DNA of 32,007 nt from Candidatus Babeliales bacterium (GTDB taxonomy: Bacteria; Babelota; Babeliae; Babelales; Vermiphilaceae), in the NCBI GenBank assembly GCA_044451405.1, contig JBIOKB010000007.1, positions 1 to 32,007 on the forward strand. The letters run 5' to 3'. The translations under genes were made by a program, and so were the position numbers. Positions 18,258 to 26,802 of this stretch are shown here, one piece after another; the stretch's first letter is position 1, and each line of letters starts with the position of its first letter. The notes below the pieces were generated by a model that was given only the letters and a program-made list of their open reading frames with translations, made no database searches and was not told where the DNA came from.

Positions 18258-18452
18258 ATGGTGAAAAAAATGCTCGGGATTACCGCAATAATACTGTTCA
18301 ACTTTCTAGCGCACTCAGCTTCTCATTATTCGCATCATGAAAAACAATCCCTGCCGCGCTCTAAAAGAAAAAATTCCCTCGACTCCTGCCCCCACCAAAC
18401 AGAACCCCATGTAGAAACAATTCATGAACACAAAGCTAAAAAAAAACTCTAA
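18258..18452 (+). CDS. Small exported His/Lys-rich hypothetical protein
   Basis: GGAGA RBS, signal peptide MVKKMLGITAIILFNFLAHSA; the end lies in an A9 run and may be frameshifted. Confidence 0.55.
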   Translation: MVKKMLGITAIILFNFLAHSASHYSHHEKQSLPRSKRKNSLDSCPHQTEPHVETIHEHKAKKKL

Positions 18453-18464
18453 TTTAGGCGACGC

Positions 18465-18836
18465 ATGATCAAACAGCTATCCATAATAATGCTCTGTCTG
18501 ACTATCAGTACTGCTTATGCCGCAGAGCTAGACCCGCAACCCCTTGATATGAATAAAATTAATCGTATGCTTTCTTCCAGAAGCAAGCCTAAATCTCTAT
18601 CTGTAGCTTTTTATTGTATGCCAATCAACAATCCAGCAATAATCGAAGAATTATCTGGCATACAACCTGAAAAAGATAGGTATGCATATGCGGTTAAAAA
18701 AGCCCGTAAAGAAGCACAAAATGAGTATTGTCAACAATGCAAAGCTATTGATAACCCTGATTGGCTTGCAATTCTTCATGCTGCTCGTAAAAAATGGGGA
18801 ACTTTCGGGTTCTCTGAACAAACAATTAACAGGTAG
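18465..18836 (+). CDS. Small exported hypothetical protein
   Basis: Signal peptide MIKQLSIIMLCLTISTAYA followed by AEL; one CxxC (CQQC). Confidence 0.7.
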   Translation: MIKQLSIIMLCLTISTAYAAELDPQPLDMNKINRMLSSRSKPKSLSVAFYCMPINNPAIIEELSGIQPEKDRYAYAVKKARKEAQNEYCQQCKAIDNPDWLAILHAARKKWGTFGFSEQTINR

Positions 18837-19635
18837 TTGATAGACTACTTTTATATCTTCTTACCAGCTCTTCCATCTCAGCAACGGAAATAAGATGCGG
18901 TAATACACTGCCACCCGCAATAAGATCCGATAACGTAACTGCATGTGCTAGCTTAAATGGACCGATCTGCATACGTTCAAGTACATACGTAGTTGCACAG
19001 CTTCCCAATCGAACACCAATATCATGCACTAATGATCGAATATAGGTTCCATGTGATACGTGGGCGTCTATGGTAAAAAAAGGTGCATTGTGGGTGTAAA
19101 GGGAAATGTTGTATAACTGCACCGTGCGTTTTTTATCTACTGCTACTGCAGCAAGCTCCTCCATTGAAAGTCCCTTGCGCGCTAACGTTGATATACGTTC
19201 ACCCTGATATTTCAGGGCAGAAAAAATTGGTGGTATCTGCTCATACGTAGCACCAAATGATGCCAATGCATTACGTATATGTTCATGAGTAATAAGCGTT
19301 GCCTGCCCGCCGTAGCTTGCCGAGTCTGAGGACCCGGATAAGCGAAGGCTGGGCTCTAATTTTAATACAACCCCGGTAGGATCAAACGTATCGGTGAGTT
19401 CACCTAATTTACCGGTAGCACGATAGTGCTTATCAAGCGTGAGAAATGTATCCATGAGTCGTGTTGCAGATCTGCTAATACCAATAATCATAAGACCCGT
19501 GGCAAACGTATCAAGCGTCCCTGCATGACCAACTTTTACCGTACGGCCAACTAAGCGCTTTACCCGACTCACACACTGGGTTGAACTGATACCAGCAGGC
19601 TTTGCTACCAACACAAAACCTTGCATTGTATTCAT
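18826..19635 (-). CDS. truB: tRNA pseudouridine(55) synthase TruB with a ~17-aa in-frame insertion
   Basis: KPAGISS, VGHAGTLDTFATG (catalytic Asp), QIPPIFSALKYQG, SHGTYIRSL..DIG; extra peptide after GVVLKLEP. Confidence 0.95.
   Translation of the reverse strand: MNTMQGFVLVAKPAGISSTQCVSRVKRLVGRTVKVGHAGTLDTFATGLMIIGISRSATRLMDTFLTLDKHYRATGKLGELTDTFDPTGVVLKLEPSLRLSGSSDSASYGGQATLITHEHIRNALASFGATYEQIPPIFSALKYQGERISTLARKGLSMEELAAVAVDKKRTVQLYNISLYTHNAPFFTIDAHVSHGTYIRSLVHDIGVRLGSCATTYVLERMQIGPFKLAHAVTLSDLIAGGSVLPHLISVAEMEELVRRYKSSLSTTC
19301..19354. mobile_element. In-frame coding palindromic element, copy 1 (in truB)
   Basis: GCCTGCCCGCCGTAGCTTGCCGAGTCTGAGGACCCGGATAAGCGAAGGCTGG is 46/52 identical to 31814-31865, is 35/52 GC, folds as a hairpin and encodes SLRLSGSSDSASYGGQA. 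Confidence 0.88.
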
Positions 19636-19654
19636 AATAAGTACAGTAATTGTG

Positions 19655-20866
19655 TTATTTTAATTGATAAATCTTATGCTTACCTGCTTTGACAATCATA
19701 CCTGATTTCCAGGTTATCTGGGCTTTAAAATCAGTGATAGATTCACCATCAATGGTAATTGCACCAGACTCAATGAGTCGTTTTGCCTCAGAAGATGATG
19801 TTACAGCACCGAGCTCCTTAAGAAATTCTACAATCCAAACGGGATTCCCCTGAATCATATCAAGCGGCATCTGAAATTCTTGTGCCTGTGAATAATCTTT
19901 TTTCTGAAACAGATCTTCAAACGTTTGGCGTGCGCGCTCAGCTTCTGTTTCTGACCAGAATTTAGCAACAATATCATACGCCATGCTTTTTTTAAGTTCC
20001 ATGGGATGGGTAACACCAGCAGCAACACGCTCTTGAAGAGAGCTAATCTCTTCCGATGATAATCCTAATAAGAGATGGAAGTATCGCCACATTAATTGGT
20101 CAGGCATCGACATTAATTTACCAAATGTCTGATCAGCCGGCTCAGTAAGCCCCACGGCATTACCCAATGATTTAGACATCTTTGCATGACCATCAAGCCC
20201 TTCAAGGAGATATGTGGTCACAACTGCCTGGGGCTCTTGTCCATATTGTTCTTGTAAAAAGCGACCCATGAGCAAATTAAATGTTTGATCAGTACCGCCA
20301 AGCTCTACGTCTGCTTTGAGCGCTACAGAATCATAACCTTGAAAGAGGGGGTATAACAATTCATGAAAACCAATTGATTGATGTTCTGCAATACGGTTAG
20401 CAAAATCCTCACGTTCAATAATACGCGCTAAGGTAACTTTGCCACAAAGTTTAACCATATCCTTAATAGAAAGTTGATCAAGCCACTCTGAATTGTAGCG
20501 TATCGTCATCTTTGATGGATCAAGAATTTTGCTCACCTGTTCAAAATAGGTTTTGGTGTTATGGACAATGTCTTCTTCACTTAATGGTGGGCGCGTTTTT
20601 GATCGTCCGGTAGGATCACCAATACGGGCAGTAAAATCACCAATTAAAAAAACAACATGGTGTCCCAAATCCTGAAATTGGCGCATTTTGGCAAGCACTA
20701 CCGCATGGCCTAAGTGCAAATCGGGTGCTGTAGGATCCATACCCAATTTAATAACAAGCTTTTTCCCACTTTCCAATTTTTTAAGAAGATCTTCTTCAGG
20801 GATAATATGGGCCGTCCCTTGTTTAAGAAGTGCTAATGTTTCGTGTGCCGTTGTTTTCATATACAT
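19655..20866 (-). CDS. tyrS: Tyrosine--tRNA ligase
   Basis: [35 protein letters not shown] and C-terminal S4 domain. Confidence 0.98.
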   Translation of the reverse strand: MYMKTTAHETLALLKQGTAHIIPEEDLLKKLESGKKLVIKLGMDPTAPDLHLGHAVVLAKMRQFQDLGHHVVFLIGDFTARIGDPTGRSKTRPPLSEEDIVHNTKTYFEQVSKILDPSKMTIRYNSEWLDQLSIKDMVKLCGKVTLARIIEREDFANRIAEHQSIGFHELLYPLFQGYDSVALKADVELGGTDQTFNLLMGRFLQEQYGQEPQAVVTTYLLEGLDGHAKMSKSLGNAVGLTEPADQTFGKLMSMPDQLMWRYFHLLLGLSSEEISSLQERVAAGVTHPMELKKSMAYDIVAKFWSETEAERARQTFEDLFQKKDYSQAQEFQMPLDMIQGNPVWIVEFLKELGAVTSSSEAKRLIESGAITIDGESITDFKAQITWKSGMIVKAGKHKIYQLK

Positions 20867-20875
20867 TCTTTACGA

Positions 20876-21541
20876 TTATTGGGCGCCTAAAAGATGTGCA
20901 ATCCAATTGCCGATGGTTGAAATAATAGCAAGCATGAGATACCTAATGCTTTCTCCAAAAAGTAACAGCACTACAATAGGAGCCAAAATAATAAAATAGA
21001 AAAAATAAGGAGGAAATTGTACGTTACGCTCTGCTATAACAAGCCCTATAAGCATAACCGCATTAATCACCAAACTAATAGCAGCTAAAAAGATATTTAA
21101 ATTAATAAAAGCAATGATAATACGCGCAAGAGATATAGAAAGTGACGATATCTGCGCTGTAGCATAGAGCCCCAACGATTGTGGTCCTACAATAGTGATA
21201 AAAATAAGGAGCGCAAGCGTTGCTAATACCATATGAGCAAATGTGTCAGAAAAATACGCAGCCAATAATTTAGGCCAACGATATGGGTAGGTAATATTCA
21301 TAGGATTAATGGGTATGTGCTTTCCCCACCCAACACCAAAAAAAAACAACACTAAGATACCAACAAAATCTATATGGGGAATAGGATTTAAGGTAAGAAA
21401 TCCTAAATCTTCTCCGGTCGTATCGCCCATACGGCGAGAAACCCACGCACGAAAATATCCGACAGGGGATATAACAAGGAAATAGGCAAGCAACAGAGTG
21501 AGTGCCGTAATAAGTTGCTGAACAATTTTAACACTAACCAT
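20876..21541 (-). CDS. Peptidase M50 (site-2 protease) homologue with a degenerate active site
   Basis: GDTT...GFLTLNPIPHIDFVG...GWGKHIPINP matches the small Zn-dependent S2P subfamily, with multiple TM helices; HExxH and NxxPxxxLDG are absent. Confidence 0.8.
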   Translation of the reverse strand: MVSVKIVQQLITALTLLLAYFLVISPVGYFRAWVSRRMGDTTGEDLGFLTLNPIPHIDFVGILVLFFFGVGWGKHIPINPMNITYPYRWPKLLAAYFSDTFAHMVLATLALLIFITIVGPQSLGLYATAQISSLSISLARIIIAFINLNIFLAAISLVINAVMLIGLVIAERNVQFPPYFFYFIILAPIVVLLLFGESIRYLMLAIISTIGNWIAHLLGAQ

Positions 21542-21580
21542 AAAACTACTTTTAGAAATGGGGTTGTAAATATATCTGTA

Positions 21581-21609
21581 AGACTAAAATAAATAGGAAA
21601 CACGGTCAA
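21581..21609 (-). promoter_or_regulatory. Sigma70-type promoter for the S2P-like gene, tyrS and truB
   Basis: On the minus strand, TTGACC (21604-21609), 17-nt spacer, TAGTCT (21581-21586). Confidence 0.55.
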
Positions 21610-21710
21610 ATTATATAGCACCATCAGCTTATTTTAAGCCTTTCATTGAAGCCGCAGAGCACCGCTTGCTATGCTGTGTCTATAATTCCAGATGGATGAG
21701 AGGTTATACA

Positions 21711-23072
21711 ATGGGCATATACCGTATACATATGAACATGGGGTACGCGGTACTTATTTTTCCTTTATCTACCTATGCAGCAGAATTACACCTCCTATCG
21801 CAATCAACACTTTCTCAAATTACTGACGCACAAAATATGTCCCTTGTTGCTCTTACTCAAAAAAAACAGCAGTTAGAGAACACAATTACAACTATTACAC
21901 GAGAGCAACGAGAAGCATGGGGGGAAAAGCTTAAGCTTCTTAACCAAGAATATGATCATCTTCAGGCTGAAATTAATCTTTTTGATGATACAATTTATTC
22001 TATAAGTTCGAAAATTGATTTCTTAAATTCAGTAATAATAAAAATAGACAGTCAGGGCACATGTATTATTGACTGTGTAGATATTCGAAAATATTGTGAA
22101 CGAGCTTTTGTTCTTATCCCCAATAATGGCACATTCGCCCAAGCATCTACCGTTATCAAGAAAGTATCTGAAATTCTTTCTTCTCTTATAACAGAAGAAG
22201 CCCCTACTCATATCATTACTCAATGTTTTAAAATGTATGTAGACACTCAAGCAACATGGTGTGTACAAGCAAGTAAAAAATTTGACATGGACCAAAATAG
22301 CGAGTTTTTTATCTCTACAACAGCAGAATTTTTTACTTACATACGGCAGAATAATCCTAAACAAGCTCAATCAGCCATGCAAATGTTAACAACACTATGT
22401 ACCGACTATCAAAAAAAATTTTTTACAAAACAAAAAACTCTCTGCAAAGCGTTTGCTTTCCATCTTTCAGATGTTTTTAATATACGAACGCATATCAATG
22501 AAAAAAAGCTAGAAAATAAAAATAAAAAGAAAAGAGACTCTGCCGGAGGAATAGGTGCTGAAATCATGTGTCGGGATTTTTATCGAGAAGAACTTCGTTT
22601 AAAAGCACAAGAGAGACCACAAAGAGATCTTCTTAATCAAAAAAAAAAGCTTCTTGCTGAACAAATAGCTCACATTGCTCGAAAAATAACACGATACGCT
22701 GATCTTAAAAGAGAGCTCAACGATACCCTCGATAAATTTTCATTCCACTCTCCCTCTCCTCTTTCTACACCCGCATTATCCCCTGATGATCCAGCAATCA
22801 TACTGGCCCTACACAAAGCTCTTAAGGCGGACCCTTTACCTGCTTTATCCCTAACTCCTCCTGCAGACCAAATAGAAGAACAAGACTCCCAACAGGATGC
22901 TGGCCCTAATGTGCCACCACCCCTTATACTCACGCCGCGCCATATTGATTTAGGGACAGAAACACGCGTTGTTACCGAGCCAAAACCACCACGACAACCA
23001 TTTAGATCAAAGGTATTCACCTTCCAACGTCCTATTGATACAGCAACAGATACATTGCACTCTAAGGGCTAG
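21711..23072 (+). CDS. Exported coiled-coil protein with a Pro/Ser/Thr-rich C-terminal tail
   Basis: GAGAGG RBS before ATG 21711 (ORF track start 21666), signal-like segment ending STYA-AEL, heptad-rich segments, KNKKKR basic patch. Confidence 0.75.
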   Translation: MGIYRIHMNMGYAVLIFPLSTYAAELHLLSQSTLSQITDAQNMSLVALTQKKQQLENTITTITREQREAWGEKLKLLNQEYDHLQAEINLFDDTIYSISSKIDFLNSVIIKIDSQGTCIIDCVDIRKYCERAFVLIPNNGTFAQASTVIKKVSEILSSLITEEAPTHIITQCFKMYVDTQATWCVQASKKFDMDQNSEFFISTTAEFFTYIRQNNPKQAQSAMQMLTTLCTDYQKKFFTKQKTLCKAFAFHLSDVFNIRTHINEKKLENKNKKKRDSAGGIGAEIMCRDFYREELRLKAQERPQRDLLNQKKKLLAEQIAHIARKITRYADLKRELNDTLDKFSFHSPSPLSTPALSPDDPAIILALHKALKADPLPALSLTPPADQIEEQDSQQDAGPNVPPPLILTPRHIDLGTETRVVTEPKPPRQPFRSKVFTFQRPIDTATDTLHSKG

Positions 23073-23085
23073 CAGTGGTATGCTA
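23055..23085 (+). promoter_or_regulatory. Extended -10 promoter for 23117..24172
   Basis: TTGCAC (23055-23060), 18-nt spacer, TATGCT (23079-23084) within GTGGTATGCTA. Confidence 0.55.
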
Positions 23086-23116
23086 AGAACAATGGAGTAA
23101 GCGATATGGAGGTTAT

Positions 23117-24172
23117 ATGCGTGCTTGGATACAAACATATGGCATATTGTGCATAGTGCTGGGTATTCATAACTACCTACACAGCGCTGAGCTTCCATTT
23201 CATCTTGTTCCTGCTCCTTTACAACAACACACCAGCACTGATGATCTTGCTCCTGCTCGGTTGGAAACACACAGATCTTTTACTTCAACCGGTTCAGCTA
23301 CTTCAGCCGGTTCATCAGGAGAAATATTACTTCAGGAACAAACTAGCGGAAACAGCGGTACACCCTCTGTATCAACCTCAACCCCTGGACACACTCCACC
23401 AGCTTTTAAAGAATCTGAAATCATGAATCCTGATGGAGGAGTTTATGGTAAGAAATTTGGAGAAAAAAGGAAAGATGAGAAAAATACAGTAAAAGTAAGA
23501 ACACTGAGCGACGATTTATATTCTGCTAGAGACGAACAACTAAAAAGATTTGAAGAACAGAATATTGGGCCCGCTCAATTGCAACAATTAAAGCACGAAG
23601 AACAAGAAAGAGAGGCTTTCGAAAGAAAAAAAGATGCAGTACTGGTACGTATTGCTGCTTCCACAAAACGTCAATCACCCACAAAAAAAGAAGAAATAGA
23701 AAGAGAAAAAGAAAAATCACAGCACTCCCTGACTATCTACATGGAAAAGAGAAAATCTCTTATTGAACAGATCGCAGAAACAGATCCCATTACTGCAGCA
23801 CTTATTATGCACAAGCCTAAGCCCAGAGATACAGGGGATGACTTTTTTAACATAAGCCCAAGTGAATCTCCAGGGTCAAGTCAGACACCATCTTCAACCT
23901 CATCAACTTTTTCTTCTGTAACTCCATCACCTGCTACCAGAAGTCCTGCATTGCCTCCCATCAAAAAAAGTCCTGTCGCTGCACCTATGAGCCCTTCACA
24001 TGGACCGGCATTACCACCCTTGCCGCCTTTAAACCCATCTCCTCTGAGAGGTCCTCTATGGACACAGTCTCAATACAGAGAAGCCCATGACAAAGAAAAA
24101 GATCGATTACCAGCTCTTGTAAGCGCTACTCAATTGTTGACTCGGCAATCTCCAAAAAAAGCTGCGCGATAA
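23117..24172 (+). CDS. Exported Ser/Pro-rich, largely disordered protein with a charged central helix
   Basis: GGAGG RBS, signal peptide ending YLHS-AEL, many SP/TP motifs. Confidence 0.8.
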   Translation: MRAWIQTYGILCIVLGIHNYLHSAELPFHLVPAPLQQHTSTDDLAPARLETHRSFTSTGSATSAGSSGEILLQEQTSGNSGTPSVSTSTPGHTPPAFKESEIMNPDGGVYGKKFGEKRKDEKNTVKVRTLSDDLYSARDEQLKRFEEQNIGPAQLQQLKHEEQEREAFERKKDAVLVRIAASTKRQSPTKKEEIEREKEKSQHSLTIYMEKRKSLIEQIAETDPITAALIMHKPKPRDTGDDFFNISPSESPGSSQTPSSTSSTFSSVTPSPATRSPALPPIKKSPVAAPMSPSHGPALPPLPPLNPSPLRGPLWTQSQYREAHDKEKDRLPALVSATQLLTRQSPKKAAR

Positions 24173-24233
24173 ACACGCTATTGGTGTGCGATAAGCACTC
24201 TGTTTGGTGTGCATTGAGCACACTATTTTGACC
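24166..24233. repeat. Three degenerate 22-23-bp tandem repeats upstream of valS
   Basis: GCGATAAACACGCTA-TTGGTGT / GCGATAAGCACTCTGTTTGGTGT / GCATTGAGCACACTATTTTGACC; units 1 and 2 match at 19/23 positions. Confidence 0.7.
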
Positions 24234-24256
24234 CTATAAGCTTTTGCCAGTATCTT
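24228..24256 (+). promoter_or_regulatory. Sigma70-type promoter for valS-ybeY
   Basis: TTGACC (24228-24233), 17-nt spacer, TATCTT (24251-24256). Confidence 0.55.
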
Positions 24257-24306
24257 TAACACATAGATACCAATTCAACAGATATCATTCGACAGGCTTT
24301 TTACCT

Positions 24307-26802
24307 ATGATAGATAAACAGTACGATCACAAACAGGCACAAACCGATGCGCAACTCTTTTGGGAGCAAGAAGGCACCTACAAAGCAGAAAACAATCCTG
24401 GCAAACTCTATAGTATTGATACGCCACCACCAACAGTATCAGGTTCTTTACACATAGGTCACATATTTTCCTATACCCAAACTGATATCATTGCCCGCTA
24501 TAAACGCATGCATGGTTTTTCCGTATTTTATCCCTTAGGGTTTGATGATAACGGCCTTGCAACAGAGCGGTATGTAGAAAAAAAATTGGACGTGCGCGCG
24601 CAGACCATGGCCCGTTCTCAATTTATTGCCCTCTGCTTACAAGAAACTCATCATGCTGAAGAGCAGTTTAAAAGTTTGTGGCAACGTATGGGCCTTTCTG
24701 TTGACTGGAGTCTTTCCTATTCAACTATCTCAGATACAACGCGCGCTATTTCCCAAGAATCATTTATTGAGCTGTATAAAAAGGGATACGTATATCGCAA
24801 ACAAGAACCAGCTCTTTATTGCACTACCTGTAGAACATCGGTAGCACAAGCTGAACTGGAGGATGTAGAAAAACCCTCCACGTTCAATGATATTGTGTTT
24901 CAAGATGAGCAGGGTAATGATTTAATTATTGGTACAACACGCCCTGAGTTGTTATCTTCCTGTGTTGCTCTTATTTATAATCCCAACGATTCACGTTATC
25001 AACACCTTAAAGGCACGCAGGCAATTGTTCCTATTTTTGGCTACAAGGTTCCTATTTTTGAAGATGAAGCGGTCAGCATCGATAAAGGAACCGGTCTTGT
25101 TATGTGCTGCACCTTCGGTGATAAAACCGATATTGAATGGTATAAAAAGTTCAAGCTTCCGTATAAGCAATCAATTGGCCTTGATGGTAAATGGGTTGCT
25201 GATACCGGTATTCTTGCAGGGCTTAATGCGACACAAGCACGAGAAAAAATTCTTGAAGCATTGCGTGCTCAAAACTTATTACTTACCCAACGCCCTATAA
25301 TCCATGCGGTAAACGTCCATGAACGATGCAAAAAAGAAATCGAGTATATTGAACTCTCCCAATGGTTTTTAAAGATTCTCCCTTACAAACAAAAGTTTCT
25401 CGATCTCGCTGACCAGGTTACCTGGTATCCAGCGTTTATGAAGACTCGCTATAAAAACTGGGTTGAAAATATTAGCTGGGATTGGGGTCTTTCCCGCCAA
25501 CGATTTTATGGTATTCCATTCCCCGTATGGCATTGTATTTCATGCAAAGAAATTATCCTCGCTGATGTTTCCCAACTACCTATCGATCCACAAGAAACTG
25601 CATATCCAGATAAGTGCCCACAGTGTGGTAGCACTGATATTAAGCCTGACACTGATGTTATGGATACATGGAATACCTCATCGCTAACACCCTATATTTG
25701 CTATAAATACTTTAATCCACAGGTTTCCTCAGTATTTACCGACCCGGGCATCACCACCTTCTTGCCCATGAGCATGCGCCCACAAGCCCATGATATTATT
25801 CGCACCTGGGCATTTTACACAATAGTAAAAAGCTGGATGCACCATAACACCATCCCATGGAACAATATTGTTATCTCTGGCCACGTGTTAAGTGATGCAA
25901 AGCAAAAACTTTCAAAATCGCAGGGCAACGCACAGCTAACGCCAGAAAAACTCTTAGAACAGTACCCGGCTGATGCCATCCGCTATTGGACCGCTTCGGG
26001 CAGCTTGGGGCATGATGTAGCATTTTCTGAAGCACAACTTAAAATCGGCATACGTTTAATCACTAAGCTGTGGAATGCGTTTAAGTTCACTGCTGAACAC
26101 ACCGTCAATATTAACCCCTCTGTTAAACCCACCCATTTTGGGGAGGTAAACCAGTGGCTGTTGGATGCTGCAAGCAACACCTTCACCACCTACGAACGCT
26201 ATTTTGTCCAGCATGAATTTGGCTTAGCACTGCAAACAGTTGAACAGTTCTTCTGGAAAGATTTCTGTGACAATTACCTTGAGCTCATTAAACATCAGCT
26301 GTTTAACCCTCAGGAGTACAGTGAGCAGGAAGTGCATGCAACGCGTTGGACGCTCTATACAGTTGGACTCAGAATACTGCAGCTCTATGCACCGTACACG
26401 CCCTACATCACTGAAACTATCTACAAACAGATGTACAAAATAGTTGGTATACCCTCTATCCATCAAACCAAATTTATTGAGGTGCAAACCGGCTTTAGTT
26501 TCCCTGAAAGCGCACAAAATATTGCTACGTGCATCGAGATCATCTCCCAAGTGCGTAGGCTCAAAACAGAAAAGCAGCTTTCATTAAAAACGCCGTTAAC
26601 TACCCTTACTATCGTTATTAATGATCGGGAAGTTGCTGATGCGGTTACAACCCAGACAACCCTTATTAAAGGGATAACCCAAGCACAGGAGCTGGTATAT
26701 ACACAGGACGAAAATGCACAATCATCCATTGAGCAGGTAGGGGAAAACTGGAAGGCGCAGGTAGTGTTTCAAGCAGGTACGCATGATTCTTATAAAAAAT
26801 AG
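24307..26802 (+). CDS. valS: Valine--tRNA ligase, archaeal-type
   Basis: IDTPPPTVSGSLHIGH, GFDDNGLATER, WDWGLSRQRFYG, DVMDTW, RPQAHDIIRTW, KLSKS; no C-terminal coiled-coil arm. Start placed at ATG 24307 (ORF track start 24244). Confidence 0.96.
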   Translation: MIDKQYDHKQAQTDAQLFWEQEGTYKAENNPGKLYSIDTPPPTVSGSLHIGHIFSYTQTDIIARYKRMHGFSVFYPLGFDDNGLATERYVEKKLDVRAQTMARSQFIALCLQETHHAEEQFKSLWQRMGLSVDWSLSYSTISDTTRAISQESFIELYKKGYVYRKQEPALYCTTCRTSVAQAELEDVEKPSTFNDIVFQDEQGNDLIIGTTRPELLSSCVALIYNPNDSRYQHLKGTQAIVPIFGYKVPIFEDEAVSIDKGTGLVMCCTFGDKTDIEWYKKFKLPYKQSIGLDGKWVADTGILAGLNATQAREKILEALRAQNLLLTQRPIIHAVNVHERCKKEIEYIELSQWFLKILPYKQKFLDLADQVTWYPAFMKTRYKNWVENISWDWGLSRQRFYGIPFPVWHCISCKEIILADVSQLPIDPQETAYPDKCPQCGSTDIKPDTDVMDTWNTSSLTPYICYKYFNPQVSSVFTDPGITTFLPMSMRPQAHDIIRTWAFYTIVKSWMHHNTIPWNNIVISGHVLSDAKQKLSKSQGNAQLTPEKLLEQYPADAIRYWTASGSLGHDVAFSEAQLKIGIRLITKLWNAFKFTAEHTVNINPSVKPTHFGEVNQWLLDAASNTFTTYERYFVQHEFGLALQTVEQFFWKDFCDNYLELIKHQLFNPQEYSEQEVHATRWTLYTVGLRILQLYAPYTPYITETIYKQMYKIVGIPSIHQTKFIEVQTGFSFPESAQNIATCIEIISQVRRLKTEKQLSLKTPLTTLTIVINDREVADAVTTQTTLIKGITQAQELVYTQDENAQSSIEQVGENWKAQVVFQAGTHDSYKK

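Noticed and set aside
19290-19365. Intein, intron or IS interpretation of the truB insertion
   Set aside because: It is too short, lacks intein terminal residues and intron core structure, and has no transposase or clear target duplication.
22639-22648. Long A run inside the 21711..23072 gene as a phase-variation site
   Set aside because: The frame is intact and encodes QKKK; A runs are common throughout this AT-rich, Lys-rich sequence.
24166-24233. Possible mini CRISPR array
   Set aside because: The units are contiguous and degenerate with no unique spacers, and there are no cas genes in the window.
24244-24306. N-terminal extension of ValRS, or a T-box/attenuator leader
   Set aside because: The extension overlaps the predicted promoter and precedes the usual ValRS start; the leader is too short and has no T-box motif.
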